Positions 16,483 through 25,553 of a DNA stretch of 33,704 bases are shown here, in pieces (within the stretch, counting starts at the first letter, position 1; each line of letters starts with the position of its first letter). The stretch is from positions 1 to 33,704 of IMG/VR virus record IMGVR_UViG_3300010273_000169. The stretch is one strand, 5' to 3'. The position numbers were made by a program, and so were the translations under genes. This stretch comes from a virus. Its lineage: Duplodnaviria; Caudoviricetes. A model generated the notes under the pieces. That model was not told the DNA's origin. It did no database searches and saw nothing but the letters and a program-made list of their open reading frames with translations.

Positions 16483-16890
16483 TCACAGCAGGCCCATTTC
16501 CCTTGCGATAGCCAAGAGTATCTGTCCTCGCCAGTAAAAATACGTCCGTCTAGAGACGTGCAACCGTCGGTATATACCTAAATCGGTGAGTTCTCGCTGC
16601 CAGTAACGCATTTCAACCAGACGCTTCTTCTCCGGTTCCAACCGTTCATAGACCCTCGTGATAGCCTCGTAATGCTCTACCAGGCGTTCCAAGCGTTTGG
16701 AGGTTAAGAGCCGCATAACCCGGGAGAGAGTGGGGTCCCCGACGCCTTCAGCGCCCACAGCGGCCAGCCGCTCAGGAGTGGCGTCGATAATGTCCGCCCT
16801 TAACCTCTCAATCTCTTGCTTGCGCCACGGATAGGCGTACAGCTCGGCTTCTACGTACCGGAAGACGTCGCGTTCGTAACGCGTAGTCAC
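16483..16890 (-). CDS. RinA/ArpU-family late transcriptional activator
   Basis: FRYVEAELYAYP, GDPT, KKRLVEMRYW and LHVSRRTYFYWR motifs; GTG start overlapping the SNF2 stop. Confidence 0.85.
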   Translation of the reverse strand: MTTRYERDVFRYVEAELYAYPWRKQEIERLRADIIDATPERLAAVGAEGVGDPTLSRVMRLLTSKRLERLVEHYEAITRVYERLEPEKKRLVEMRYWQRELTDLGIYRRLHVSRRTYFYWRGQILLAIAREMGLL

Positions 16891-18266
16891 GCCACACCCC
16901 TCCTTGCCTCTTCGATCCTGACTTTCAGGGCATTCAGCAACCGGTCTTGCGTATCGCATTTCTCGTCCAGGGCCGCCATCACGTCCTCATCCATGCCGCC
17001 TTCAACAACAAGGTGATGGATGATGACCTTCTCCTTCTGACCCTGGCGGTGAAGCCGTTTGTTAGCCTGTTGGTACAGCTCAAGTGACCAGGGAAGACCG
17101 AACCAGATAACCTGGTTTCCGCCTTCCTGCAAATTTAACCCGAAGGCGCAGCTGGCCGGATGGGCCAACAGGATGTCGATCTTCCTGGCATTCCAGTCAT
17201 CCTCATCCTGGGGTCCCCTCAAAACCCGCACACCCAGGCCTGTGCCGGCAAGCGCCCTCTGCAGCCGCGCGAGGTCATGCTGGTAACTGTAGAACACTAA
17301 TGCCGGCTGGCCGTTCAACGCTTCCACCAATTCCATGAATGCCTCGATCTTGCACTGGTGAACCTCGACCACGTTCTTAGCCTCGTCGTAGACGGCACCG
17401 TTACAGAGTTGCAGGAGTTTCCCGGTAAGGACGGCGGCCGTCCCCGCGTCGATCATTTCCCCGTCCACTTCAAGGAGCATCTCCCGCTCCATCCGGTCAT
17501 AGGCAGCCTGCGCTTTACCGTCCAGAGTAACCGGCACATTCACTGGTGTAACATCCGGAAGGTCCAGATAATCCTCCGCCCTCATACTGATGCAGATGTC
17601 GCTTATCCGTTCGTGAATTGCTTCCGAGGCCCCAGGCTTCGGCCGATAACTGAAGACGTGGTCCCGGTTCCGCTGATCAGGCTCGAAGTACCTTTCCCGG
17701 TAATGAGTGATACGTTTGCCCAGTCTTTCACCTTGGTCCAAGAGGTACATCTGGGCCCACAGGTCGATGAGGCCGTTGGGCGCCGGCGTGCCGGTCAATT
17801 CCACAATACGCTTCACGTGTGGCCGGACCCAAGATAGCGCTTTGAACCGTTTCGCCTGGTGATTCTTGAAGCTGCTCGATTCGTCAACAACAACCATGTC
17901 AAAAGGCCAATCATTCCGGTAATAATCCACCAGCCAAGGTACATTCTCGCGGTTAATCACATACACGTCTGCCGGGGTGTTAAGTGCGCGTATACGCTGT
18001 GTCGCGGTTCCCAATACGCCAATTACTCGCAGATGTTTCAGGTGGTCCCATTTTAACGCTTCGCGACTCCAAGTTTTCTCTGCTACACGTTTCGGCGCTA
18101 TGACCAAAGTACGACTGATTGCAAATCGGTTGTATCGCAGGTCATTGATGGCGGTCAAGGTGATTACAGTCTTGCCAAGTCCCATGTCCAATAGCAGCGC
18201 GACCGCCTCGTCTGAAATCAGCCGGTTAATGCAGTATCGCTGGTATGGGTGTGGCTGGAATTTCAC
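16887..18266 (-). CDS. SNF2-family helicase
   Basis: LDMGLGKT, VVDESS, LTGTPAPNGL, GLNLQ, QANKRLHRQGQ. Confidence 0.95.
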   Translation of the reverse strand: MKFQPHPYQRYCINRLISDEAVALLLDMGLGKTVITLTAINDLRYNRFAISRTLVIAPKRVAEKTWSREALKWDHLKHLRVIGVLGTATQRIRALNTPADVYVINRENVPWLVDYYRNDWPFDMVVVDESSSFKNHQAKRFKALSWVRPHVKRIVELTGTPAPNGLIDLWAQMYLLDQGERLGKRITHYRERYFEPDQRNRDHVFSYRPKPGASEAIHERISDICISMRAEDYLDLPDVTPVNVPVTLDGKAQAAYDRMEREMLLEVDGEMIDAGTAAVLTGKLLQLCNGAVYDEAKNVVEVHQCKIEAFMELVEALNGQPALVFYSYQHDLARLQRALAGTGLGVRVLRGPQDEDDWNARKIDILLAHPASCAFGLNLQEGGNQVIWFGLPWSLELYQQANKRLHRQGQKEKVIIHHLVVEGGMDEDVMAALDEKCDTQDRLLNALKVRIEEARRGVA

Positions 18267-18547
18267 TTGCTGATGACCTCCCTCAGCAAGGCGTCAACCA
18301 GGTTTCGGCTATCGACATCCGCGAAGACATCGAAGCCTAGGCTCCTTATGCGTCTCTGCTGCGCGGCCTGAAGTGCCGTTGACTTCTTGCCCGGCGCCTT
18401 CAACTCTACAAATGCGATCTTGCCGCCTGGTAACAGTACCAAGCGGTCAGGCACCCCTGCGTTTCCAGGGGAAACGAACTTGTACGCCCGGCCTCCCATG
18501 GCATTAACCCTTTCACGGAGATACGCTTCAATACTTGACTCCCTCAC
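18263..18547 (-). CDS. VRR-NUC domain nuclease
   Basis: KFVSPGNAGVPDRLV..FVELKAPG; GTG start with GGGAGGTG. Confidence 0.93.
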   Translation of the reverse strand: MRESSIEAYLRERVNAMGGRAYKFVSPGNAGVPDRLVLLPGGKIAFVELKAPGKKSTALQAAQQRRIRSLGFDVFADVDSRNLVDALLREVISK

Positions 18548-18567
18548 GAGGCGCACCTCCCTGTGCC

Positions 18568-18823
18568 GTCTACATTGTCTACAAAACTACATACGCGCGT
18601 ATATGTACGTGCGATCAGGCGCGTTAGGCGCGCGTGGGTGTGTGTATTCTCCCTATTACCTCTCTTTTTTACTTTAATAGAGAAAGAATGTAGACAATGT
18701 AGACAGGAAGGTATTTGACCTGCTACGGCATGTGTTTTTGCGTCTACATTCAATGTAGACGAAGTAGACAATGTAGACAGTCCAGTGGGGGAGAATGTAG
18801 ACAATGTAGACGAGAATGTAGAC
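18568..18823. repeat. Iteron array (AATGTAGAC), probable replication origin
   Basis: Exact 9-mer at 18687, 18696, 18752, 18770, 18794, 18803 and 18815; inverted copies at 18568 and 18742; degenerate copies at 18577 and 18761; AT-rich tract ~18660-18686. Confidence 0.85.
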
Positions 18824-18830
18824 GGGTTTC

Positions 18831-21230
18831 TCATTTCCGTACGAACCCCCTTTGACTACCGTAGCAGCCGGCGCGGAACGGGCTCGCGTTTGGCTTCCAT
18901 CCTGGAATTGAGGCCAGGATGCTGTTGATTTCCACTGCATCTGCTCGTCGCATGTGCTTTAGGTCGCCTCCTAGGCACTCACACCAAATCTCGGCCGCGC
19001 ATATCCGGTCCCGCTCGACGGTCTCCGTCTCAAGCCCTCGCCCGAACTCTGCACTCCAATACATCCTGCGTTCGGCCAAAGACCGCTTGTCCCAGTTAAG
19101 CGGTACCCGCCGCTCCACGAACTCGCGGATGATCCCCTCTTTGGCGTTGCTCTCTTCATGGGATTTCTGTTCCTGACGCGCTATCCGTTCGGCCTCGCCA
19201 GTGAGATACAGCCGTTCTCCCATTTGCCAGCGGAAGAACGCCTCAGCCCATATCTGGTCCACTTCGTTTTCCAGGTCGGTGAAGACGTTCTTTGTAGGAG
19301 TCTGGACGTACACATCTACTGGCCAGAAACGGCGGTTGCCGGTCCGGTCCCGGAGGAACTCCGTGTCGTTGGTGGTCCCAAAGAACACGCATCGGCGTGG
19401 ATAAAGGTTCGTCCTGCGGCCGTATGGTTCTCGATAGATGTCCTCTGACCTACTGAGGAACTGCTTTACAGCGCTCGTCTCAGCGCGCGTAAGGCCGTTT
19501 AGTTCGCCGATCTCATTGATCCACGTGCCCTGAATCATCTCAGCGGCTTCTTTACCCTCGAAGACCGCGAGGCTGTCCGAATACCACTTACGACCGAGAA
19601 GCCGGAGCATGGTGCTTTTTCCAACACCCTGGGGCCCTGAGATAATGGGCATGTAGTCGTACTTGGTCCCGGGCACCATGGCTCTGGCCACAGCGGCCGT
19701 GAGACTCTTGCGGGCTACAGCACGGGTGTAGACGTTATCTTCGGCGCCCAGGTAGTCAATAAAGAGAGTATCTAGACGCGGTACTCCGTCCCACTCAAGC
19801 CCTTTCAGGTAATCCTGGACATCGTTGATAGTGTGCTTGTGCGCCGCCAGAGCCGCGGCGTCGTATACCCGCTCCTTACCCGTGATGCCGTAAGTGTGTT
19901 CCAGGTAATGTCGGAGTCCGGCGTCATCGACGTCCGTCCATTGCCGGCGCCCTGTGCGGGGGTCCCATGGGAGAGCACCTAGGGCCAAACCCCGGTTCGC
20001 GAACTCGTCAAAGGCCAATTTGTCCTTGAGAAGGGGATCATTCTCCAGAATAATGAGGATGTTGTCGACGGTCTTCTCGGGTTTCCCGGTAAGTGAAGAG
20101 AGTTTCAACTTGGCTATCCAGTTGGCGTCTTCACCAGTACTTACCGATGCCCGAAAATCTGCTGTAGCCTGCTCATACCGTTCCTGATTCAAGAGTGTCG
20201 CAACAGCAGTATCGGCTACCGCGAGCTCGCACATGGCCGTATACGAGGGCAGTCTGTTAGTCGGCGTTTCCGGCTTCATGTCATCGTCGCGGTCACCGAA
20301 CTTGTGTAGTCGAACAAGGTCGAAGGCATTGACCAGACGCCCACTGCACGGGTCTGTGGCGTGATGGGAGTACAAGAAGGCCCCATTGTCGTAGACAATC
20401 GCCCCACCTGTGGTGCTGCCTCCCGTGTATGTGAAGCGTCCCGGGTTATCGACGCAGGGCTCATAGACGCCCGGGAGGAACGTTTCCATGGCCTTGTAGA
20501 CATCGTAGACGCGGCAGAAGGCCCCTACTATCCCGGGCTTGGCTGTCGGGTCACCTTGCTTGTCTGCGAGGCGCTTGTGTTCCTTTTGAGCGCCCGGGAC
20601 CTGTGGCCACTCGTTCACATCTCTCCAGTCGCGGTACATCGCCAGGAGTCCGTCCACGTCTAGGATGGGCTTATCGCCATATTGATAGACGAACTGGCTG
20701 TCAGCGCAGCAGGACGGCCAATACATGAGACGTGAGGCCTCGAACGTCGATGGGTCGCACAATTCAATGCCTATGATGCTTGCAAGTTTTCGCGCCAGGG
20801 GTTCATACTCGTCTGCTGTGGCCGTGCGGTTGAGAAGAACCAGGACCCGTAAGCGGGGTTTGGCCTCTTCGTGCTTGCGGGTGCTGTACACGCAGTAGGC
20901 GCACCCGAGGGCCTCGATACGGCGTAAGGCGTCCTGCGTGCCGCCGGCAGGGATGTTATCGAGGTCCAGGGTTAACACATCACGTCCGAGGACGCTGTTT
21001 GCCTTGCGGCGGCCGTCCTTGAGGATGCCGCCCACGAAGCCTCCCACGTCTTTGAGGTCATCCTGCTTGGATTTCGGCAAACGGAGGTACTCCGCTAGGC
21101 TCTCGGTGCCTCGGGCGGGGGTCCTGACCTTCTCAACAAGCTCCGACCACCAGAGTGTTTGTGAGGGCCACCGGGTAGCCCTGCGGCTCCCGGCGGCACT
21201 GATAGTGATTTGTCTGTCGTAGTTGAGCAT
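18831..21230 (-). CDS. Primase-helicase (VapE / virulence-associated E family)
   Basis: N-terminal LTLDLD/YSTRKH primase motifs; GPQGVGKST Walker A; EIGEL; FFGTTN..FLRDRTGNRRFWP. Confidence 0.93.
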   Translation of the reverse strand: MLNYDRQITISAAGSRRATRWPSQTLWWSELVEKVRTPARGTESLAEYLRLPKSKQDDLKDVGGFVGGILKDGRRKANSVLGRDVLTLDLDNIPAGGTQDALRRIEALGCAYCVYSTRKHEEAKPRLRVLVLLNRTATADEYEPLARKLASIIGIELCDPSTFEASRLMYWPSCCADSQFVYQYGDKPILDVDGLLAMYRDWRDVNEWPQVPGAQKEHKRLADKQGDPTAKPGIVGAFCRVYDVYKAMETFLPGVYEPCVDNPGRFTYTGGSTTGGAIVYDNGAFLYSHHATDPCSGRLVNAFDLVRLHKFGDRDDDMKPETPTNRLPSYTAMCELAVADTAVATLLNQERYEQATADFRASVSTGEDANWIAKLKLSSLTGKPEKTVDNILIILENDPLLKDKLAFDEFANRGLALGALPWDPRTGRRQWTDVDDAGLRHYLEHTYGITGKERVYDAAALAAHKHTINDVQDYLKGLEWDGVPRLDTLFIDYLGAEDNVYTRAVARKSLTAAVARAMVPGTKYDYMPIISGPQGVGKSTMLRLLGRKWYSDSLAVFEGKEAAEMIQGTWINEIGELNGLTRAETSAVKQFLSRSEDIYREPYGRRTNLYPRRCVFFGTTNDTEFLRDRTGNRRFWPVDVYVQTPTKNVFTDLENEVDQIWAEAFFRWQMGERLYLTGEAERIARQEQKSHEESNAKEGIIREFVERRVPLNWDKRSLAERRMYWSAEFGRGLETETVERDRICAAEIWCECLGGDLKHMRRADAVEINSILASIPGWKPNASPFRAGCYGSQRGFVRK

Positions 21231-21235
21231 GGATG

Positions 21236-21727
21236 TCACTCCTGCGTGGGCGCTTCGATGTCTCTATACGCCTTTATGAACACAATCCAGTGCTTGCGCC
21301 TGCCGTACCTCTCGGCCACGATGGGCTTCTCTGGCGTCAAGGCGAGCACTTCGCCTAGCGGTATGTCGCTGTCACTCCACTTGAACACCAGCGTCCCTCC
21401 GGGCTTCAGCACCCGGAAACACTCCTCGAAACCCCGCCGCAGGTCGTCCCGCCACGAGTCCGAGAGTTTGCCGTAAGCCTGCGTTAGCCAGGCGTTGGGG
21501 CCGCTGCGCAGAAGATGCGGCGGGTCAAAGATCACGAGTGAGAAGGCTCTGTCCGCGAACGGCAGGGCGCGGAAGTCCATGAGCATATCGGGCGCGATAG
21601 ACAGTACCCGGCCGTCGCACTGCTTGATGTCCTCCTGCCTGATGTCGCCGAACAGCACGCGCTCATCGCGCTTGTCGAGGTAGAACTTCTTAGCCCCACA
21701 GCAGGGGTCAAGAACGGGATGGCTCAA
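21236..21727 (-). CDS. SAM-dependent DNA amino-methyltransferase (N6-A/N4-C type)
   Basis: VLDPCCG (motif I), IFDPPH (motif IV), ECFRVLKPGGTLVFKW; TTG start after GAGAGGAGG. Confidence 0.85.
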   Translation of the reverse strand: MSHPVLDPCCGAKKFYLDKRDERVLFGDIRQEDIKQCDGRVLSIAPDMLMDFRALPFADRAFSLVIFDPPHLLRSGPNAWLTQAYGKLSDSWRDDLRRGFEECFRVLKPGGTLVFKWSDSDIPLGEVLALTPEKPIVAERYGRRKHWIVFIKAYRDIEAPTQE

Positions 21728-21741
21728 GATACAGCCTCCTC

Positions 21742-22035
21742 TCATCCGAACATGACCTTCAGCGCGACCATGACACCCGCCAGCATCAGGGAAAGGGTGT
21801 TGGTTACAAAGAAGGCATAGGCAGATTTCCGCGATATGAGGTAAATGGCATAGACCTCCATAAAGACTACGCCCACAAAGATGGAGACCAGGTAGACAAG
21901 GTTCAGGTCCCTGGTGAGGCCCGTCCGGACGATCTGCGCTATCTGCGGGATGTAGCCTGCGGAGAGTATTATTCCGCCCAGCAGTTGCAGGCCGCTGAAG
22001 AACCAGGCTTTCCTTTTCTCATCGGTCTTGCTCAT
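21742..22035 (-). CDS. PQ-loop / SemiSWEET-like small membrane transporter
   Basis: 97 aa with three hydrophobic helices; GYIPQIAQIVRT..TRDLN motif; late Asn (VTN). Confidence 0.8.
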   Translation of the reverse strand: MSKTDEKRKAWFFSGLQLLGGIILSAGYIPQIAQIVRTGLTRDLNLVYLVSIFVGVVFMEVYAIYLISRKSAYAFFVTNTLSLMLAGVMVALKVMFG

Positions 22036-22107
22036 TCTGCAAGCCTCCTCTCATGCGATGGAGCGGGCGGGGCATTATGCTCAGCCGGAGCGCCCCGCCC
22101 ACAAGTG

Positions 22108-22455
22108 TCAGGCCCTGAACGGGCTAGATAGGTCAAACAAGGTGTCCAGGAGGTCGTCGATGACCTTCTGCACGGTCTCAGCCGAGAGCCGGCTGTTCTT
22201 GGCGGCCACCATGTTGATGACTAGGGTGTACAGGACGGTGTTGCTCTTGATGACGTCCCTCAGGCGCTGGGCGCTGGCCCTGGAGCCAACCATGGTAGCC
22301 AAGAGGTCATACTTGGTGCCGAGCGCCGAGATCATCTTCAGGCCTTCATCTATCTGGTTGAGGCCGGTGACAAGGGCCTCGCCTTTGGTCATGACGGGCT
22401 CTTCGGGGGCCGCTGGGGTCTCGGTACCAATCACGGTTTCTTCGATATCCAACAT
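22108..22455 (-). CDS. Hypothetical helical protein
   Basis: ATG 22455 with AAGAGGAG; co-oriented in the operon. Confidence 0.7.
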   Translation of the reverse strand: MLDIEETVIGTETPAAPEEPVMTKGEALVTGLNQIDEGLKMISALGTKYDLLATMVGSRASAQRLRDVIKSNTVLYTLVINMVAAKNSRLSAETVQKVIDDLLDTLFDLSSPFRA

Positions 22456-22477
22456 TCGAGTCACTCCTCTTAATGGG

Positions 22478-23500
22478 TTATGAAGCAAACGCACCAGAAG
22501 GGAGATCCCACTTCTCAGTGATTAGGTCTTTGGCGTGTATCTCACCGAGTAAGGCAATGCGTACCCATTTCTCGGCGTCGAGGTTCCGGGGGAGACGGGA
22601 CTCCCCGAGGTCTGCTAGTTGGGTCAAGGTCAGTTTGTTGTCGATGGTATGACCGAGGTCTTTCTCCATCTCCACGAGCTGACGGAACCGTTCAGGGGAT
22701 ATCTCCCTCATCGTTGCCCACTGGTCAGCCGTGCTGAAGATACAACCGAAGCATGACGTCCTGTTGAAGCCCAGCCAGTAGGCAGGATGAGGGAGGATAC
22801 GAAACTGCTCAAGTATGTCCCAAATCGCCCTTTCGGGCCATTCGATGACCGTACGCCACCAGGTCACTTCTCTGCGCCGGCTATTGCAGGGATGCTCTTC
22901 TACGTTCAAGTAGCGGGCACGATTCGCCGATTCTTCTCTGCGCTCCCCGGTTATCACGAGAAACCTACCCTCTTGATAGTCGGGGTGATTGTTGAGTACG
23001 CGCCGCATGACGTCGATTTTGAGGTAGGCAGTGCACCATCTGGTCCTCAAGTCAACGGCCTTTGCCGGGAACTTCTTGCGAGTTGCTGCTTTGCCGTTTC
23101 TCGTGGGCAGCGTAATGATCTCACTGCCGCGCTCATACTGGACGTCATTGGTTCGACGGTTCTCTCTCATCAATTCACCGTAGAAGCCTTGCTTGCGCCA
23201 CTGGAATTCAGTCTGAATCCCCATAGCCTCGCCGAACGCTCGAACATAAGGTTCTGTCACAGGCCAGTCAGCGAACTGAATCTCTCCAGGGGCGCCATCT
23301 ACAGATTGATGCCAGAGGACTATTCTATCCTTGGGAATACCGATTTTGAGCAGGTACAGAACGCACGCCGTGCTGTCCTTACCGCCACTGGTGGAGACAA
23401 TGATCCTATCGTATGTAGTCAGGTCAGCTAGTTTAGCGGCCTTTGGGTCTTCAGCCACTTCCAGCTCTTCATATTCCACTGGGCAAGCAAGGGCAGTCAC
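22478..23500 (-). CDS. PAPS-reductase-family (PP-loop) protein
   Basis: VSTSGGKDS PP-loop, RWCTAYLK, TGERREESANRA, HPAYWLGFNRTSCFGCIF. Confidence 0.88.
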   Translation of the reverse strand: MTALACPVEYEELEVAEDPKAAKLADLTTYDRIIVSTSGGKDSTACVLYLLKIGIPKDRIVLWHQSVDGAPGEIQFADWPVTEPYVRAFGEAMGIQTEFQWRKQGFYGELMRENRRTNDVQYERGSEIITLPTRNGKAATRKKFPAKAVDLRTRWCTAYLKIDVMRRVLNNHPDYQEGRFLVITGERREESANRARYLNVEEHPCNSRRREVTWWRTVIEWPERAIWDILEQFRILPHPAYWLGFNRTSCFGCIFSTADQWATMREISPERFRQLVEMEKDLGHTIDNKLTLTQLADLGESRLPRNLDAEKWVRIALLGEIHAKDLITEKWDLPSGAFAS

Positions 23501-23506
23501 GGATTA

Positions 23507-25483
23507 TCACTCCTTCCTGTAGTACTGGGTAGCGAAGGCCTCAGCCTTGAGGATGAGCCCCGGTGCCCAGGGAATGGGCTGCCCCATCACTCCGGTGATG
23601 GCGGTAAGGTGAGCCTCAACTTCATCAGGTGTGGTTGCATCGACCTCAAGGACGATTTCATCGTGGACGTGAAAGACAATGCGGTATTGAGGCGCCAATC
23701 GCATGAGGCTTTCCGCCAGGCAATCTCGGGCTATCGCTTGCACCACGTTCTCAGTGAGTTTCCCGCCATAGGTAGGGATGACTTCCCACTGCCGGGTCTT
23801 CTGATTCACACCTTGGTAATGCAGAGAGGCCCGATTCTTTTCGTTAACCTCTACAAAAGGCCTGGCGTAGAAGAGCTTACGGCCGGAGGGAAGTTGGATG
23901 GTGAGGAAGTCCTGCCCGTTCTCGTAGTCGCCTTCTCGGGCCAGGAGAAGTCCACGGACGCCTACGGGCGCTCCAGTATGCATGACCTCAAGCGCGGCGT
24001 TCTCCAGGCTATACCAGAAATCGACTATACGCTTGTTGGCACTACGCCAGCGGTGGACGATTTCCGGAAGTTCCTCTTCGGTAAGCCCCATGTCGAGGGC
24101 GCCCATTGCGATGAGAGCGCCGGGACCGCCTTGATAACCGAGAGCCAGTTCAGCGATCTTGCCTTTTTGTCGGAGCGGCGACTGTTTTGTAATCTCCTCA
24201 ATAGGTACTCCGAACATGGCTGAAGCAGAGGCCTCATATATCTTGCCATGCGTAGCAAACACTTCTTGTCGCCACTGTTCACCGGCAAGCCACGCAATGA
24301 TACGGGCCTCAATGGCGCTGAAGTCCGCAGCGATAAGCACCTTGCCGGTTTCAGCGACGAAAGCTGTCCGGACGAGTTGTGAGAGAACGTCAGGCACGTT
24401 TCCGTAGATGATCCGGAGGGCGTTAAGTTTCCGGCGTTTCACGCACTCTCTGGCATGGTCCAGACTCTCTAGGTAGTTGCGGGGGAGGTTCTGGACCTGC
24501 ACGAGCCTTCCGGCCCATCGACCGGTTCGGTTCGCGCCGTAAAACTGGAGGAGGCCACGGACCCGTTTATCCTCACAGACGGCGTCTTGTATGGCGAGGT
24601 ACTTCTTGATGCTAGCCTTGGCCAACTCTTGACGTATCTCCAGCATCCGGCGGGCCTTGTCGCTGTCCACGCTCTTGATGAGGTCTTGGACCGTGCCCTT
24701 GCGAAGGTCAGGGACATCAATCTCCTCTTCTTCCTCAAGCCACTGGCTCAGTTGCTTTACAGACTTCGGATTGTCGAGTCCTGACAGGGCTATGGCTTCC
24801 TGCATCAGTTCGCTGGTGACCGTTTCATCGATATGCAGGGCCGCAGACACCAGGTCCATGTCCACGGCTACACCAGTGGCGTTGATGATCTGGTCCAGTA
24901 CCCACAAGCTCTGTTCGTTCTCTGGAACGGGGAAGGAGGATAGGCGCCGCTCAATCTCCATCTCGGTTACGACATCCTGTTTGCAGTACTCTTTGAACAG
25001 CTGCCACTTCTCGGGCTCGTGGCGGGGGAGGGTCCTGGTCCTCATGCCGTTGGCTTTGCTGGGCTTGCATGGCACGCAGAACGTCCGGATGAGGGACGCG
25101 CCTACACTCATTTTGCGCTTGTCATCGGGCAAGCCTAGCGCGACGGCTGTCGCTGCCAGACCGGCGGTATATCCGCAATAGAGACCGTGGAGCATCGTGC
25201 AGCGCCACTGTTCCAGGGGAGACCGGTAGAACTTGTTCAGGCAGTACCATTCGAAAGCAGCGTTATAAGCATGTTTGATGACGGACGGGTCTTGCAGCGC
25301 GTCTATGACCGTCTGTGGCAGACTCTCGCCTTGGGCTAGGTCCACAACCTGTACGGGTCCTCCGTCTACGGCGTAACCGAATAGCAGTATCTCGAAGTCA
25401 GGGGACTGGACGTACTTGTACGTCGCGGCCCGCTTGATGTCTACGCTGGAGAACGTTTCTATGTCTATGTTGAGGGTTCGCAT
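23507..25483 (-). CDS. Phage family-A DNA polymerase with 3'-5' exonuclease
   Basis: Exo DIETFS/YNAAFE/YCKQDV; motif A ADFSAIEAR; motif B RQKGKIAELALGY; motif C HVHDE. Confidence 0.96.
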   Translation of the reverse strand: MRTLNIDIETFSSVDIKRAATYKYVQSPDFEILLFGYAVDGGPVQVVDLAQGESLPQTVIDALQDPSVIKHAYNAAFEWYCLNKFYRSPLEQWRCTMLHGLYCGYTAGLAATAVALGLPDDKRKMSVGASLIRTFCVPCKPSKANGMRTRTLPRHEPEKWQLFKEYCKQDVVTEMEIERRLSSFPVPENEQSLWVLDQIINATGVAVDMDLVSAALHIDETVTSELMQEAIALSGLDNPKSVKQLSQWLEEEEEIDVPDLRKGTVQDLIKSVDSDKARRMLEIRQELAKASIKKYLAIQDAVCEDKRVRGLLQFYGANRTGRWAGRLVQVQNLPRNYLESLDHARECVKRRKLNALRIIYGNVPDVLSQLVRTAFVAETGKVLIAADFSAIEARIIAWLAGEQWRQEVFATHGKIYEASASAMFGVPIEEITKQSPLRQKGKIAELALGYQGGPGALIAMGALDMGLTEEELPEIVHRWRSANKRIVDFWYSLENAALEVMHTGAPVGVRGLLLAREGDYENGQDFLTIQLPSGRKLFYARPFVEVNEKNRASLHYQGVNQKTRQWEVIPTYGGKLTENVVQAIARDCLAESLMRLAPQYRIVFHVHDEIVLEVDATTPDEVEAHLTAITGVMGQPIPWAPGLILKAEAFATQYYRKE

Positions 25484-25553
25484 GGTGCATTCTCCTGACG
25501 CTGATTTCCGCGTGTTTTGCCGGATGCGCGGCCCCCGGATGCGCCGTCAGGTG

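Noticed and set aside
18544-18940. ORFs 18544..18834 and 18674..18940; also a Cas12a-like TCTAC/GTAGA hairpin or CRISPR array
   Set aside because: The ORFs are translations of the 9-bp iterons (STLST/VYIVY). The repeats are short, abutting and in both orientations with no regular spacers, and the AATTT 5' element of Cas12a repeats is absent.
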